From a virus, in IMG/VR virus record IMGVR_UViG_3300032307_000797: 64,000 nt of DNA. One strand, 5' to 3'. Below are positions 26,642 to 37,200 of the stretch, in pieces (position 1 is the first letter of the stretch; each line of letters starts with the position of its first letter). Under the pieces are notes generated by a model. It saw nothing but the letters and a program-made list of their open reading frames with translations. It searched no databases and had not been told where the DNA came from. A program made the translations under genes and the position numbers.

Positions 26642-27575
26642 GTTTAAATTCTGGGTAATCGTCTAATTTCCCCTGTAAATCCGCAATATCCTTATCTTTC
26701 GGTAATCTAACCACACTAATTTTACCCATTAACTTACCACAGTTAATTTTGTGATATAAACGCTCGGTATCATCCCACGCATCACCATCCAAAATTATTG
26801 TCACGTCCTTAGCAGTTTCATATATCTTTTTGAACAATAAATCACTGATATATTTTCCCAACATTGGAATTGAATTTGGTAAGAATATTGAATCAAATAC
26901 ACCCTCAACCAAGTATATTTTTTTGTCCCATTCTAATAGGTGTTCATTCCAAATTATTGTTTCTTTTTGTACATCGGGATTCTTATACTTCATCTTAGTT
27001 CTCGACAAATATGAACGAGCAATGAAGTAATTTACTTTACCATTTATGTCATATGACGGTATTATGATTCTGTTTGCGTATGGTCCGTCATAACAAAAAC
27101 CAATGTTGTACTTACGAATTAAATCCTCGCCGATGTTTCTACTTTTTAAGTAGTTCATTGCTTGTCTGTAATGGTGAGTAAGTTTTAATCCTGCACTTGC
27201 TTGTAGTATTGGAATGAACTCTTTTGGGAGTTTCACATCTTTCTTCGGTGCGGGTCCACCAAATTCTTGGTCATCGGGTCTTAATAGTTCATAACGTTTA
27301 AGATGTTTAGGTAATCCATACTTCTTTATTAGTTTGTATAGCGACCCGTGGGTTTCATGAGTTTCGGCACATGACCAACATTTATATACCCCTCTAATGT
27401 AGTTAACTTCTAGGTTTCCTTTTCCGTCACCGGTGTCTAAACCCTTAATGTCATATGAACAAACAGGACAGTCAAAAGATATCTGACCCTTATAATCATT
27501 ATGCATTCGGTAGTCACCGAGGATATCCTCAATTATCTCAACTATTGGTTCATATTCCACAGAAACTACTGACAT
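26634..27575 (-). CDS. DNA primase (Zn finger plus TOPRIM)
   Basis: CPVC...CWSC; YLKSRNI; NRIIIPSY; LVEGVFD; ILDGD; KDIAD. Confidence 0.92.
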   Translation of the reverse strand: MSVVSVEYEPIVEIIEDILGDYRMHNDYKGQISFDCPVCSYDIKGLDTGDGKGNLEVNYIRGVYKCWSCAETHETHGSLYKLIKKYGLPKHLKRYELLRPDDQEFGGPAPKKDVKLPKEFIPILQASAGLKLTHHYRQAMNYLKSRNIGEDLIRKYNIGFCYDGPYANRIIIPSYDINGKVNYFIARSYLSRTKMKYKNPDVQKETIIWNEHLLEWDKKIYLVEGVFDSIFLPNSIPMLGKYISDLLFKKIYETAKDVTIILDGDAWDDTERLYHKINCGKLMGKISVVRLPKDKDIADLQGKLDDYPEFKLD

Positions 27576-27619
27576 ATGGATTAATATAAGAAATAAAAAT
27601 CAAAAAACCAAATGAGCAT

Positions 27620-27690
27620 AAAAAAGGACGGAGGTCACACCACAACCCCCGTCCGTACCAACCACGTATATTACTATACGTCCCGTACAT
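27620..27690 (-). ncRNA. Structured intergenic RNA element ending in an intrinsic terminator (candidate small RNA or attenuator)
   Basis: Hairpin ACGTATA-GTAA-TATACGT flanked by GTAC/GTAC, then GGACGGGGGT...ACCTCCGTCC-TTTTTT; GC-rich island in an AT-rich spacer. Confidence 0.45.
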
Positions 27691-27720
27691 TTATAATAAT
27701 AACTAAAAAAACTTTAAAAA

Positions 27721-28329
27721 TCAATCTTTTGTTACAGATTTGTTCATATTAACAAATCCAATAACCGCAGTTGCAGCATCACTCATATCATAATTCTCCT
27801 TTTTAAGAGCACCGGTCTTACCGTATAACCACTTTACTTCAGGACAAACCGCGTTAACGTGTTCCCAAATAACATGTTTTTTATCAATATCTTTTGGTAA
27901 TCCACCAAATAGAACATTTTTACCTTTATCATTTTTACCCACCAACGAAGGGAATGCAAATTTTCTAGCATTGTATGTGGAGATAAAGGTTGGTAGGACA
28001 CCTAACACATCGTAACACGCTCTAAGAATGAGTGTATTATATCTTAAAAGAGTTCCAACCGTGTAAATGTTATTTGATTGTAGCAACGGTTCTTCAATTA
28101 CCACTTTGGTAATTCCAATGTCTTTGTAACTCTCCAAGTGTTTTTTAAATCCATCCGCCTTTTTAATAAGTTCTTCAATCTTATCCTCAGGTTGTGGTTT
28201 AATCTTTGGAGAGAAATGGGTCAATTCTAATAATTTAGAAGATGAGATATCAAATAAAGCAAACCCTATGGTTTTTGTTGATATATCCAAGCCCAAAATC
28301 TTTGGGGCATTTTTTAATTTTATACTCAT
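27721..28329 (-). CDS. RuvC-like Holliday junction resolvase
   Basis: ILGLDISTKTIGFA, VVIEEP, YDMSDA. Confidence 0.85.
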   Translation of the reverse strand: MSIKLKNAPKILGLDISTKTIGFALFDISSSKLLELTHFSPKIKPQPEDKIEELIKKADGFKKHLESYKDIGITKVVIEEPLLQSNNIYTVGTLLRYNTLILRACYDVLGVLPTFISTYNARKFAFPSLVGKNDKGKNVLFGGLPKDIDKKHVIWEHVNAVCPEVKWLYGKTGALKKENYDMSDAATAVIGFVNMNKSVTKD

Positions 28330-28368
28330 ATAAAAATATATAAGGAATATTCTGGAAAATGTAAAGCT

Positions 28369-30516
28369 TTAGAAATCCAGATTTACAGAAAATACTTGTG
28401 TACCCGTTCTTTTAACAGGATTTGCGGTTTTTGCTACCACCAATACTTCTTTATTACTATTCAATAATGCAACCTCTGTAATTCTTTTGTCCATACCTGT
28501 TACATAGGTTGGATTCTGACTTACATTGAATTGTGAAGTGGGAAGGTTAACCAAGAAACTCATTCTTTCAATATCGGTAGCTCTTACTAATCTGATACTA
28601 CCGGGGAATGGTTGTTCATCACCGAATTGTGGTAATGAAGATGGTTCGTCAGGAACACTGCCCAAGAATGTTTCAATATCATATGGTGTTGCCCCTGTAT
28701 ACATCGGATTTGTAATAATAATTGAATTCGCAGTTAAATCTGATGGGTCAATCAATTGTCCGACTGTATGACCTGAAATGTATGGTGTGTAATCAATTAA
28801 TTTCCAACCATCATGTGTTGGTAATTCATTTGTATCGGTAATCTGAATTAATACTTGGAATTGGTTCGCAATGTGTCCTTCTACCGCACCTGTGCATAGA
28901 TTACTATTTTCCATGAATGGGAAACTACCATCTTCAAAATTGATATACAATTGTGATGGACGAACTAAACATGGGTCGTCTGCTGCAACTTCAACTTTTG
29001 AATAATAGTTACAAGGTAATCCGTTTAATGCAGTGTCACCGGTGTAATTAAACATGTATGTTACCCATACAGTTTGACCTGATGTTGTTCCTGTAAAGAA
29101 TGATTGTGATGCACTTACATCACTTGGAATCAATGCAACTTTAGGTGCCGGTAATGTATATTTTCTATTTGATTTATAATCAAGTATAGCAACCAACTCT
29201 TGGTCATCAAATACTACAGTTTTATTATTTACGAATACTTTACCAACTCTATAACCTTGTTCATCTAAAAGATATCTAAACTTTAAAAGTTGGTTTGCGT
29301 TTTTCAATGATTTCATGAAATAATCGGTGGTATCCATGGTAAACATTGCACCAATAGTTGTCCCTGTATTTCTATGATATTGTACAAATGGAATGTATAC
29401 CTCAAAATAATCTAAATCAGTAATTGAATTCTCATCAATGTCTTCTAACAAAGCTTCACCAATTACATTATTTGTACTGATGTAATCATCGTACTTGAAA
29501 AATCTTTCAGGGTCATTTTTTAAATCACCTAATTCAGAGTAGTGAATGATTGCGATAGTTCTTTGTTCTTCAGGGGTAACAATAATTTGTTCGTCAAATG
29601 AATTATAGTAAGATGTAACACCGGTGATTGTTCCACCCGTTGTGTTTACCCAAGTTTGTCCACTCGATGTTGTGTAACCCAAGAATTGTTTTGTTGATAC
29701 GTGTTTGTTTGATGTAAAACCGGTTAAGTTCTCATCAGATGATGGAACATCAAAACCAATTGGTTTTTTATCCCAAACAATATTCATTGCCCATGAATTA
29801 AGTTGTTGAGATGGGTCAATTTCTTCAGGTTTACAATTTGAATTTAATGGGGAAACAGGATATTCATTTTCACATGAATTACATATCACTTGAGCATTTC
29901 CACTACAACCTGAGAAATTTGGTAGATTTCTATCTACAGTAATGGTATTACCACTAACACTCATTACTTGATAAATTAAACTTGATGATTGTCCCGATAT
30001 AACAGGGTGAAGTGGGTCAGTACCATTGAATGTAGTAAACGCCACTGTGATAAATTCACAATCATTAAAACTAGCACCTGTTAGTACCACTAATGAAGTG
30101 GTTCCTGTGATTCCTGATAATGGAATCAACTGTGTTGTACATTCAATTGTTGTTCCTGTACATTCAACCGCATCGTATTCTTTGTAATCAGAAACAAAAC
30201 CCGCAGGTCCCATTACATTTCTAAGAGTTTCTGTTGTTGATACTTCTACAGGAATACCATATGTGGTTGAACCACTTGTTGAATCTAATTGATATGGGTA
30301 TTTTACTCCACCTTCTTTATCAAAAGGTGAAAAAACTGACTGATGAGGTACACCAGCCAAACCCGTTAATCCTGTAAATGGTGAAGTGTAATCAAATTCG
30401 GAATCTCCGATTTGGAAATAAGAGATAACAAAATTACCCTTAGCGATAGAATTTCTACCCTTTTGGGTTATTCTCGCCGATAAAAACTCCGAATTATTAT
30501 TACTTAGAAAACTCAT
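28369..30516 (-). CDS. Baseplate/tail-fibre attachment structural protein
   Basis: N-terminus ARITQKGR...FQIGDSE and C-terminus ITEVALLN...VVAK (split gpH-N-like anchor); late motif upstream. Confidence 0.7.
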   Translation of the reverse strand: MSFLSNNNSEFLSARITQKGRNSIAKGNFVISYFQIGDSEFDYTSPFTGLTGLAGVPHQSVFSPFDKEGGVKYPYQLDSTSGSTTYGIPVEVSTTETLRNVMGPAGFVSDYKEYDAVECTGTTIECTTQLIPLSGITGTTSLVVLTGASFNDCEFITVAFTTFNGTDPLHPVISGQSSSLIYQVMSVSGNTITVDRNLPNFSGCSGNAQVICNSCENEYPVSPLNSNCKPEEIDPSQQLNSWAMNIVWDKKPIGFDVPSSDENLTGFTSNKHVSTKQFLGYTTSSGQTWVNTTGGTITGVTSYYNSFDEQIIVTPEEQRTIAIIHYSELGDLKNDPERFFKYDDYISTNNVIGEALLEDIDENSITDLDYFEVYIPFVQYHRNTGTTIGAMFTMDTTDYFMKSLKNANQLLKFRYLLDEQGYRVGKVFVNNKTVVFDDQELVAILDYKSNRKYTLPAPKVALIPSDVSASQSFFTGTTSGQTVWVTYMFNYTGDTALNGLPCNYYSKVEVAADDPCLVRPSQLYINFEDGSFPFMENSNLCTGAVEGHIANQFQVLIQITDTNELPTHDGWKLIDYTPYISGHTVGQLIDPSDLTANSIIITNPMYTGATPYDIETFLGSVPDEPSSLPQFGDEQPFPGSIRLVRATDIERMSFLVNLPTSQFNVSQNPTYVTGMDKRITEVALLNSNKEVLVVAKTANPVKRTGTQVFSVNLDF

Positions 30517-30520
30517 ATTA

Positions 30521-30528
30521 TATAAATA
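30521..30528 (-). promoter_or_regulatory. Putative late promoter TATTTATA
   Basis: 5 nt upstream of ATG 30516. Confidence 0.65.
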
Positions 30529-30543
30529 CCTTTATTTCATTTA

Positions 30544-31452
30544 TTAACAAGGACCACCTAAAGCACAAACGAATGTAACTGATGAACCTCCTGAATTATA
30601 TATATTTGGATTTACACCAGGTTGGTAAGTGAAATCTCCAGTGAACGGTTTTGTGAATGTAGGTCCCTCATAAATTGCCGTGGATTCATCTAATAAATCT
30701 GTAACATCACATGTGGTGTATACAGTTTGTATTGTACTTCCTTCACAAAAACAAATTCCTCCTTGACAGAAACCGGTAGTACAAACCGCAACAGTCCATT
30801 CTCTAAATGCACATGTTTCTGTTGGGGTCGGGGTGGTGGTTAATGTCGGGGTTGAAGTTGAAGTTATTGTTGGTGTGGGCGTTGCAGTTGCACTTGAACA
30901 ACCTGAAGAGATTACTGAAACACTTATATCACACGATGCCGTTGGGGTACTACATGAACATAAATCTAATACCTCACCATTTGGAAAAGCAGGGGTTCCA
31001 TATCCGAAATATGTTGCTTGTTCTGACATTGGTGTACCATCGCAATCGGTCCATACCAATGGTTCTCCACAATTATTATTAAATGTTATTCTATACGTAT
31101 CACACTCACAAGCGGAAGGTGCCGATGTGGTAGGTGTGTTAGTTGGTGTGCTTGTGAGTGTCGGGGTTGGTGTGTTTGTGGAAACAGGAACATAATTACA
31201 ACAATCATCCAAGTTTACTCTGAATATTTGTTCACAACATCCAATGCAAACCATTTTAACAAATATTTCCATTAATGTTGGGTCAATTCCCGTAATATTA
31301 ATTGTACCACCTGTCACTGACGTAAATGACGTTGTTCCGGCAATAGAATTCTCACTTGTTCCAGTAAAAACAGAACAATTGGTATAATCTGAACCTGAAT
31401 TTAAATTAATTAATACACCTTTTGGTGTTACTGTGTCGTTTACGCAACTCAT
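30544..31452 (-). CDS. Cys-rich, Thr-Pro-linker virion protein
   Basis: Three Cys-rich modules separated by TPTPT linkers. Confidence 0.75.
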   Translation of the reverse strand: MSCVNDTVTPKGVLINLNSGSDYTNCSVFTGTSENSIAGTTSFTSVTGGTINITGIDPTLMEIFVKMVCIGCCEQIFRVNLDDCCNYVPVSTNTPTPTLTSTPTNTPTTSAPSACECDTYRITFNNNCGEPLVWTDCDGTPMSEQATYFGYGTPAFPNGEVLDLCSCSTPTASCDISVSVISSGCSSATATPTPTITSTSTPTLTTTPTPTETCAFREWTVAVCTTGFCQGGICFCEGSTIQTVYTTCDVTDLLDESTAIYEGPTFTKPFTGDFTYQPGVNPNIYNSGGSSVTFVCALGGPC

Positions 31453-31502
31453 TGTTTACATAATATATCCAATAAATATTATATTGTAAATTTTATATTC
31501 AA

Positions 31503-33146
31503 TTAACTACACTCCCCATTAGAAGTACATGGTACTAAACCTAACACAACAGAAGAACTACTAGGTACGGTCTGAAGTCCACTAATTAATACGTAATATG
31601 AAGATATTGATTGTGCACAAGGCCCTAAAACTGTTCCATACATACCTAATGTGTAAATTTGAGATTGACCCGAACAATCTATGTATTGGATATATAGATT
31701 TCCATCATCAGAGTTACCATAATCGGCCTCAGTGTAATCTATGTTCATACAATAACATTCCGTTGGTGGAGGTCCTTGTGGACATTGGCAATCAACACAT
31801 GGGTCAGAACCAGCTTGAGTAATTGAACACAAATCACTAATTATCGTATGTGTACAGAATGAATAAACACTACCTCCAATTACATTGTATATAGTTGGGT
31901 TATTAGTTGCACAATCAATATATTCAATTTCACAATCTTCTTGTCCCTCACTATTATCGGCTGTGTAACAATAAATCGTTGGTGCCAATGTTGCCGTTAG
32001 TGTTGGGGTTGGAGTCGGTAAACATTCATACAAACCGCATTCACCCATTATAGTTAAGAATCCGTAACTACCCGATATTGTACCCGGAATTACACAAATT
32101 CCTTGACCCGGTCCGACACTAACATTTATTTGTTCAACACCATTACAGTCAGTGTAATTAATCCCTGTGTATGTTTCACTGTTGTTGTTGTAATATTCTA
32201 TACATTCGCCACAAGGCGTAGTTGTTGGTGTTGGTGCTACCGATTCTGAACTTGTTAGAGTTAGGGTTAATGTTGGTGTCAATGTTGGAGTTACTGTTGG
32301 TGTTGTGGTACTTGTAACTGTAGGTGTTGGGGTAGGGGTACTACAACCTCCACATGGTTCATTTGCTGCCACCCATAGGACACAATCAACTGATGAATTA
32401 TCGCAATAAGTTGCTTCAACACCTAGTGAACCCTCTAACGCACAAAGAATATATGTTTGTTGCCCATTTCCCGCTGCAGTAATAATCTGATTATTACCTT
32501 CACAATCCACATATGTGACATCATGAGATATTGTGTAATAGTTTGTAATTTCATACATATAACAACATAAAGTTGTTGGGGTAGGTGTTGGAGTTGGGGT
32601 ATTAGTTTCTCCCGCAGTTGTCGTTAACGTTTGAGTAGACGTACTCGTAACCGTTGGTGTTGGAGTTGACGTTTCCCCTGCGGTTGCGGTTAATGTAGGT
32701 GTACTTGTTAATGTTGGAGTTGATGTACTCGTCAACGTAGGTGTATTGGTACTTGTAACGGTTGGGGTTGGGGTAGGTGTTGATGTTTCTGCAGCCGTTG
32801 ATGTTAATGTTGGGGTATTTGTTGGTGTTGGTGTTACCCCCGCAACAACACAATCATTACATCTTAAATCAACCAAAACCACTTGGTATCCACCTTGTAA
32901 TTTTGGTGTTGAGCCAGGTACTGAATTAACATGTCCATCACAATGTTCAATAAATAAATAAACATGAGTATATGAACTATCAACATCCAAATCAACAGTG
33001 TGACCTGATATTGATGAGGATGATACCGTTTCAACAAAAGTTGCATTATCAATGTCATAGGTAACACCTGTATAAATGTCATAAGACGTACATGGAGTTG
33101 AACCCGTAAAACTTGATATTGTAACTTGATATTGTGAACTTGGCAT
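31503..33146 (-). CDS. Cys-rich, Thr-Pro-linker virion protein with repeated Y.DC modules
   Basis: Four C.(Y)...Y(V/T/I)DC.G...C modules joined by TP stalks. Confidence 0.8.
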   Translation of the reverse strand: MPSSQYQVTISSFTGSTPCTSYDIYTGVTYDIDNATFVETVSSSSISGHTVDLDVDSSYTHVYLFIEHCDGHVNSVPGSTPKLQGGYQVVLVDLRCNDCVVAGVTPTPTNTPTLTSTAAETSTPTPTPTVTSTNTPTLTSTSTPTLTSTPTLTATAGETSTPTPTVTSTSTQTLTTTAGETNTPTPTPTPTTLCCYMYEITNYYTISHDVTYVDCEGNNQIITAAGNGQQTYILCALEGSLGVEATYCDNSSVDCVLWVAANEPCGGCSTPTPTPTVTSTTTPTVTPTLTPTLTLTLTSSESVAPTPTTTPCGECIEYYNNNSETYTGINYTDCNGVEQINVSVGPGQGICVIPGTISGSYGFLTIMGECGLYECLPTPTPTLTATLAPTIYCYTADNSEGQEDCEIEYIDCATNNPTIYNVIGGSVYSFCTHTIISDLCSITQAGSDPCVDCQCPQGPPPTECYCMNIDYTEADYGNSDDGNLYIQYIDCSGQSQIYTLGMYGTVLGPCAQSISSYYVLISGLQTVPSSSSVVLGLVPCTSNGECS

Positions 33147-33174
33147 CTATCTTAAATATAAAAAATATTGTTTA

Positions 33175-34239
33175 TTATGGACAGTTATATGAATCTAAAA
33201 TTTCACCATTTGATGCAATTTGAAATGCTCTTTTTGGTCCGACCCCACCTTCAGTTAATGCAACCCATAAACCACCTCCATTGGTTGGCGTTGCGGGGTA
33301 CGAATCATATATTATTTCACCATTATTAAGTGTGGATAATGTTTTACCCGGTGCGGCAAAATATCCTCTAATTGTAAGATATGTTGAACACGCTGTTGAA
33401 GCATCTGATGCGTCTACGGATGTTTTACCTAATAAAGTAAGAGGTTGTTGCGTTGCTGTTGGTGTTCTTGTTAGTGTCGGGGTAGGTGTTGGTGTTCTTG
33501 TTAATGTTCTTGTTACTGTTTGAGTAGGTGTTTGTGTTGGTGTTGGGATACAATCCTCTTCAGATGTACATATACCTCCTACTGTCTCAGTTATATATCC
33601 TGCCGGTAAACTTCCCTTTACAAATGGAGCGTCTGTTCCATATTGATAAGTTATATTAGATGTATTTGTTGTACAAATGAATACTCTAACACCACCAAGA
33701 TAGTATTCAAAAGTTAATTGGTCATATTCAACACTTATCATCGTACTACCGGTAATTGGATAATACATAACTTTTATATCTCTACCATATACGTCTTGTA
33801 AAATTGCACTGAAGAGGTAAATCTCAACACAGTCACCTTCAGGTGATGCTGTTAACGTAGGTGTTAATGTCGGAGTAGATGTCGGAGTAGCTGTTGGTGT
33901 GGATGTTGCTACCGTCGTTGATGTTGGGGTTGGGGTTGGTGCATCAACGCAAACCACATCTACGCTAAAACAAATTGTGTCATAACATGGGAACGCCTTA
34001 CTGTCGTGAGTATAGATATTTTTAATGATGTAACGACCAGTGGTTTCATCGGTCATTTTAATCCAATATTGTGTATCAAATGTTAAACCTGTTAATTCAA
34101 TCGTTGTGGCGGTTAAACCTGTACCATACAGTGTGAATGTTGTGTTATCATACTCAGGCCAAGGATTTGAACCACTCTTATATCTTATAGAATAAGGTCC
34201 ATCCGAAACTATATCATATATTCTTACATTTAATCCCAT
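33175..34239 (-). CDS. Thr-Pro-linker modular virion protein
   Basis: FN3-like N-terminus (LTGLTFDTQYWIK) and two TP linkers. Confidence 0.75.
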   Translation of the reverse strand: MGLNVRIYDIVSDGPYSIRYKSGSNPWPEYDNTTFTLYGTGLTATTIELTGLTFDTQYWIKMTDETTGRYIIKNIYTHDSKAFPCYDTICFSVDVVCVDAPTPTPTSTTVATSTPTATPTSTPTLTPTLTASPEGDCVEIYLFSAILQDVYGRDIKVMYYPITGSTMISVEYDQLTFEYYLGGVRVFICTTNTSNITYQYGTDAPFVKGSLPAGYITETVGGICTSEEDCIPTPTQTPTQTVTRTLTRTPTPTPTLTRTPTATQQPLTLLGKTSVDASDASTACSTYLTIRGYFAAPGKTLSTLNNGEIIYDSYPATPTNGGGLWVALTEGGVGPKRAFQIASNGEILDSYNCP

Positions 34240-34246
34240 GTTATTT

Positions 34247-34254
34247 TATAAATA
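34247..34254 (-). promoter_or_regulatory. Putative late promoter TATTTATA
   Basis: 8 nt upstream of ATG 34239. Confidence 0.65.
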
Positions 34255-34266
34255 TTTTAAATCATT

Positions 34267-37200
34267 TTACATGTTACCTAATACACACCAATATCCGAAG
34301 CTAGAAATACATCCAAAGGTATCTGTCGGACATGGTTTTTGTAATCCCGGATGGTATGGACTTGTTGCCGTATTGTAACAACACGCATTATCACCAGGTG
34401 TTCCCGTACAATAGTTGTAACTTGAGTATACAGGAGTACTTACGTGAACTCTAATCTCATTATAAAGTGATAAATCTCGGATATCCACCCTTATGGTGTA
34501 ATAATTACCACTGATTGGGTTAGGGATATCGTACACACCGAAACTACAATCTCCATTAATACCATGACCAACCGCTACTCTAATATTACTTGATGGTGTA
34601 CCAGCATTTATATACCTAAATGACAACATATAACTGTATGATTTAGATGGTATAGTATCGGTTGTTTGTTGGGCGGTTGATGGTTTATTTGAGAACACTG
34701 GTGCCGCACCTGAAGTACCGTAATAACAATCAACTAAGTAAGATTCCCACTCAGTTAAGTTCTGATAAAGAGCATTACCCGTTGTACCTGCAATACTTTC
34801 ATATATTGTGAATGTGGTGTTTATGTTAGCAGCACAATTACAATCAGCCGTTGGTGTCGGTGTAGGTGTAGTTGTACGTGTTAACGTAGGTGTTGTTGTT
34901 CTTGTAGGTGTAACCGTTGGAGTTCTCGTTGGAGTACTCGTTGGAGTTCTCGTTGGAGTTTTAGTTACCGTTAATGTCGGTGTTTGAGTTAATGTCGGTG
35001 TGCTTGTAGATGTTTGAGTTGGTGTTGGGGTATTTTCAGCATTCACACAATCGTTTACTGTGTTACACTGCCCGCCAGAAACAAACGGTATTCTACATAT
35101 AATTTCTTCATCATTTTCCACGCAAACAGGGGTCGAATAGGAACCTGTGTCACTTACACAAATAAATGAGGTATATGTTCCATTACCATTATCCTTCGTT
35201 ATTAAACTAGTTATTGGTTCCCTAACAATATCGCCTCCATCACAAACACTATATCTAACCGATATTCCGACTAAAGTGTCCAAATCTTGTTCACTGTATG
35301 TTATACTGTAACATGTACAATCCGCCGGCAGTGTAGGTGTAGGTGTAGGTGTGCTTGTTGATGTTAATGTTGGGGTAGGTGTTGGACAATCGCAAGGAGT
35401 TGTTCCATCAAAATAATTTACCCAATTCAAACTACCTTCAAACGCATATAAACTATCGGTTTGAATACAATCTTCTATAATATAAATTCCTTGTTCAGTA
35501 TACAATCTCGATTTTTCACCACCACAACATGTTAGGTATGCAATATTAGCACCATCGGGACCCACCTCAAAAATCACATCCTGATAACATGCCGCTAAAA
35601 CAGTTTGCGTCATTGTTAATGTAGGAGTCGCGGTACTTGTTAAAGTAGGTGTTTCAGTCAATGTTGGTGTATTGGTGGCGGTTAATGTTGGAGTACTTGT
35701 CGACGTTAACGTTGGTGTTTGGGTTAATGTCGGAGTATTCGTAGCGGTTAACGTAGGAGTCTCCGTTTGTGTCGGTGTATTCGTAGCGGTTAACGTAGGT
35801 GTGTTAGTTGCAGTACTCGTACTTGTTAAAGTAGGTGTATTTGAGGCGGTTAATGTTGGAGTCTCAGTTAACGTTGGTGTATTCGTTGCAGTAAGGGTCG
35901 GTGTCTCTGTCGACGTGCTAGTACTTGTTAATGTTGGCGTATTCGTTGCAGTCAACGTCGGTGTATTAGTCGCCGTTAACGTCGGAGTATTAGTTGCCGT
36001 TAATGTAGGAGTTTCCGTTGAGGTACTTGTGCTCGTTAATGTAGGAGTATTAGTCGCCGTTAATGTCGGTGTATTCGTTGCTGTTAATGTAGGTGTTTGA
36101 GTGGCAGTTAACGTTGGTGTCTCAGTTAACGTTGGGGTATTCGTGGCTGTGAGGGTTGGGGTATTCGTTGCAGTACTCGTACTCGTTAATGTAGGAGTAT
36201 TCGTTGCAGTAAGGGTTGGTGTCTCCGTAGAAGTACTTGTACTTGTCAGAGTTGGAGTATTAGTGGCGGTCAATGTCGGTGTTTGAGTTGCGGTTAACGT
36301 AGGGGTTTGGGTCGCAGTCAATGTCGGAGTTTGAGTCGCAGTTAATGTTGGAGTTGGTGTTGGGGTAGGACATTCAGTTTCACTTGACGCATACGCCAAT
36401 CCACTACCATTATTTTCAACCACAAATACTGTGTTTGTACTTGCAGGATTCACATAGAATACCGTTGCACTTGAATTAGTGAGTGTTTGTAGTTCTGCAA
36501 TTGTCCAAGGATTAGTTGCATTGTTATCTTCATATAATATCTCACCCACAGATAGATTATCCTGAGCATAAATCGTTAATGAATTTCTACATCCACATGC
36601 CTCCACCAACGAAATATCAATACAGTAAATCGCACCATCTAAAACATTAGTTAATGTTGGTGTTTGAGTTGCAGTTAATGTTGGCGTTTCTGTTGAGGTA
36701 CTTGTACTTGTTAAAGTTGGTGTGTTAGTTGCGGTTAACGTTGGGGTACTCGTTGCGGTTAGAGTTGGTGTTTCCGTAGAAGTACTGGTACTTGTTAACG
36801 TCGGTGTCTGAGTCGCACTCATTGTTGGTGTCTCAGTTAACGTTGGTGTGTTAGTTGGTGTTAAAGTTGGTGTCTCAGTCAATGTTGGCGTATTCGTTGC
36901 AGTTAACGTCGGAGTTTCAGTCAGCGTCGGAGTATTAGTCGCTGTTAATGTTGGTGTTTCCGTTAATGTTGGAGTATTGGTACTTGTTAAAGTTGGGGTC
37001 TCAGTTAACGTTGACGTATTTGTTGGTGACGGAGTTGGTGTACTCGTTTCACCAGCTGTCGGAGTCAATGTAGGAGTTTCGGTTAATGTTGGTGTACTAG
37101 TACTTGTTACCGTTGGTGTATTGGTTGCAGTTAACGTCGGGGTCTCGGTCGATGTCAATGTCGGAGTCTCAGTTAACGTTGGCGTATTTGTTGCCGTTAA

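Noticed and set aside
27549-27690. Short minus-strand ORF (MYGTYSNIRGW...) through the structured spacer
   Set aside because: It runs through a terminator and the primase promoter with atypical composition; RNA structure explains the sequence better
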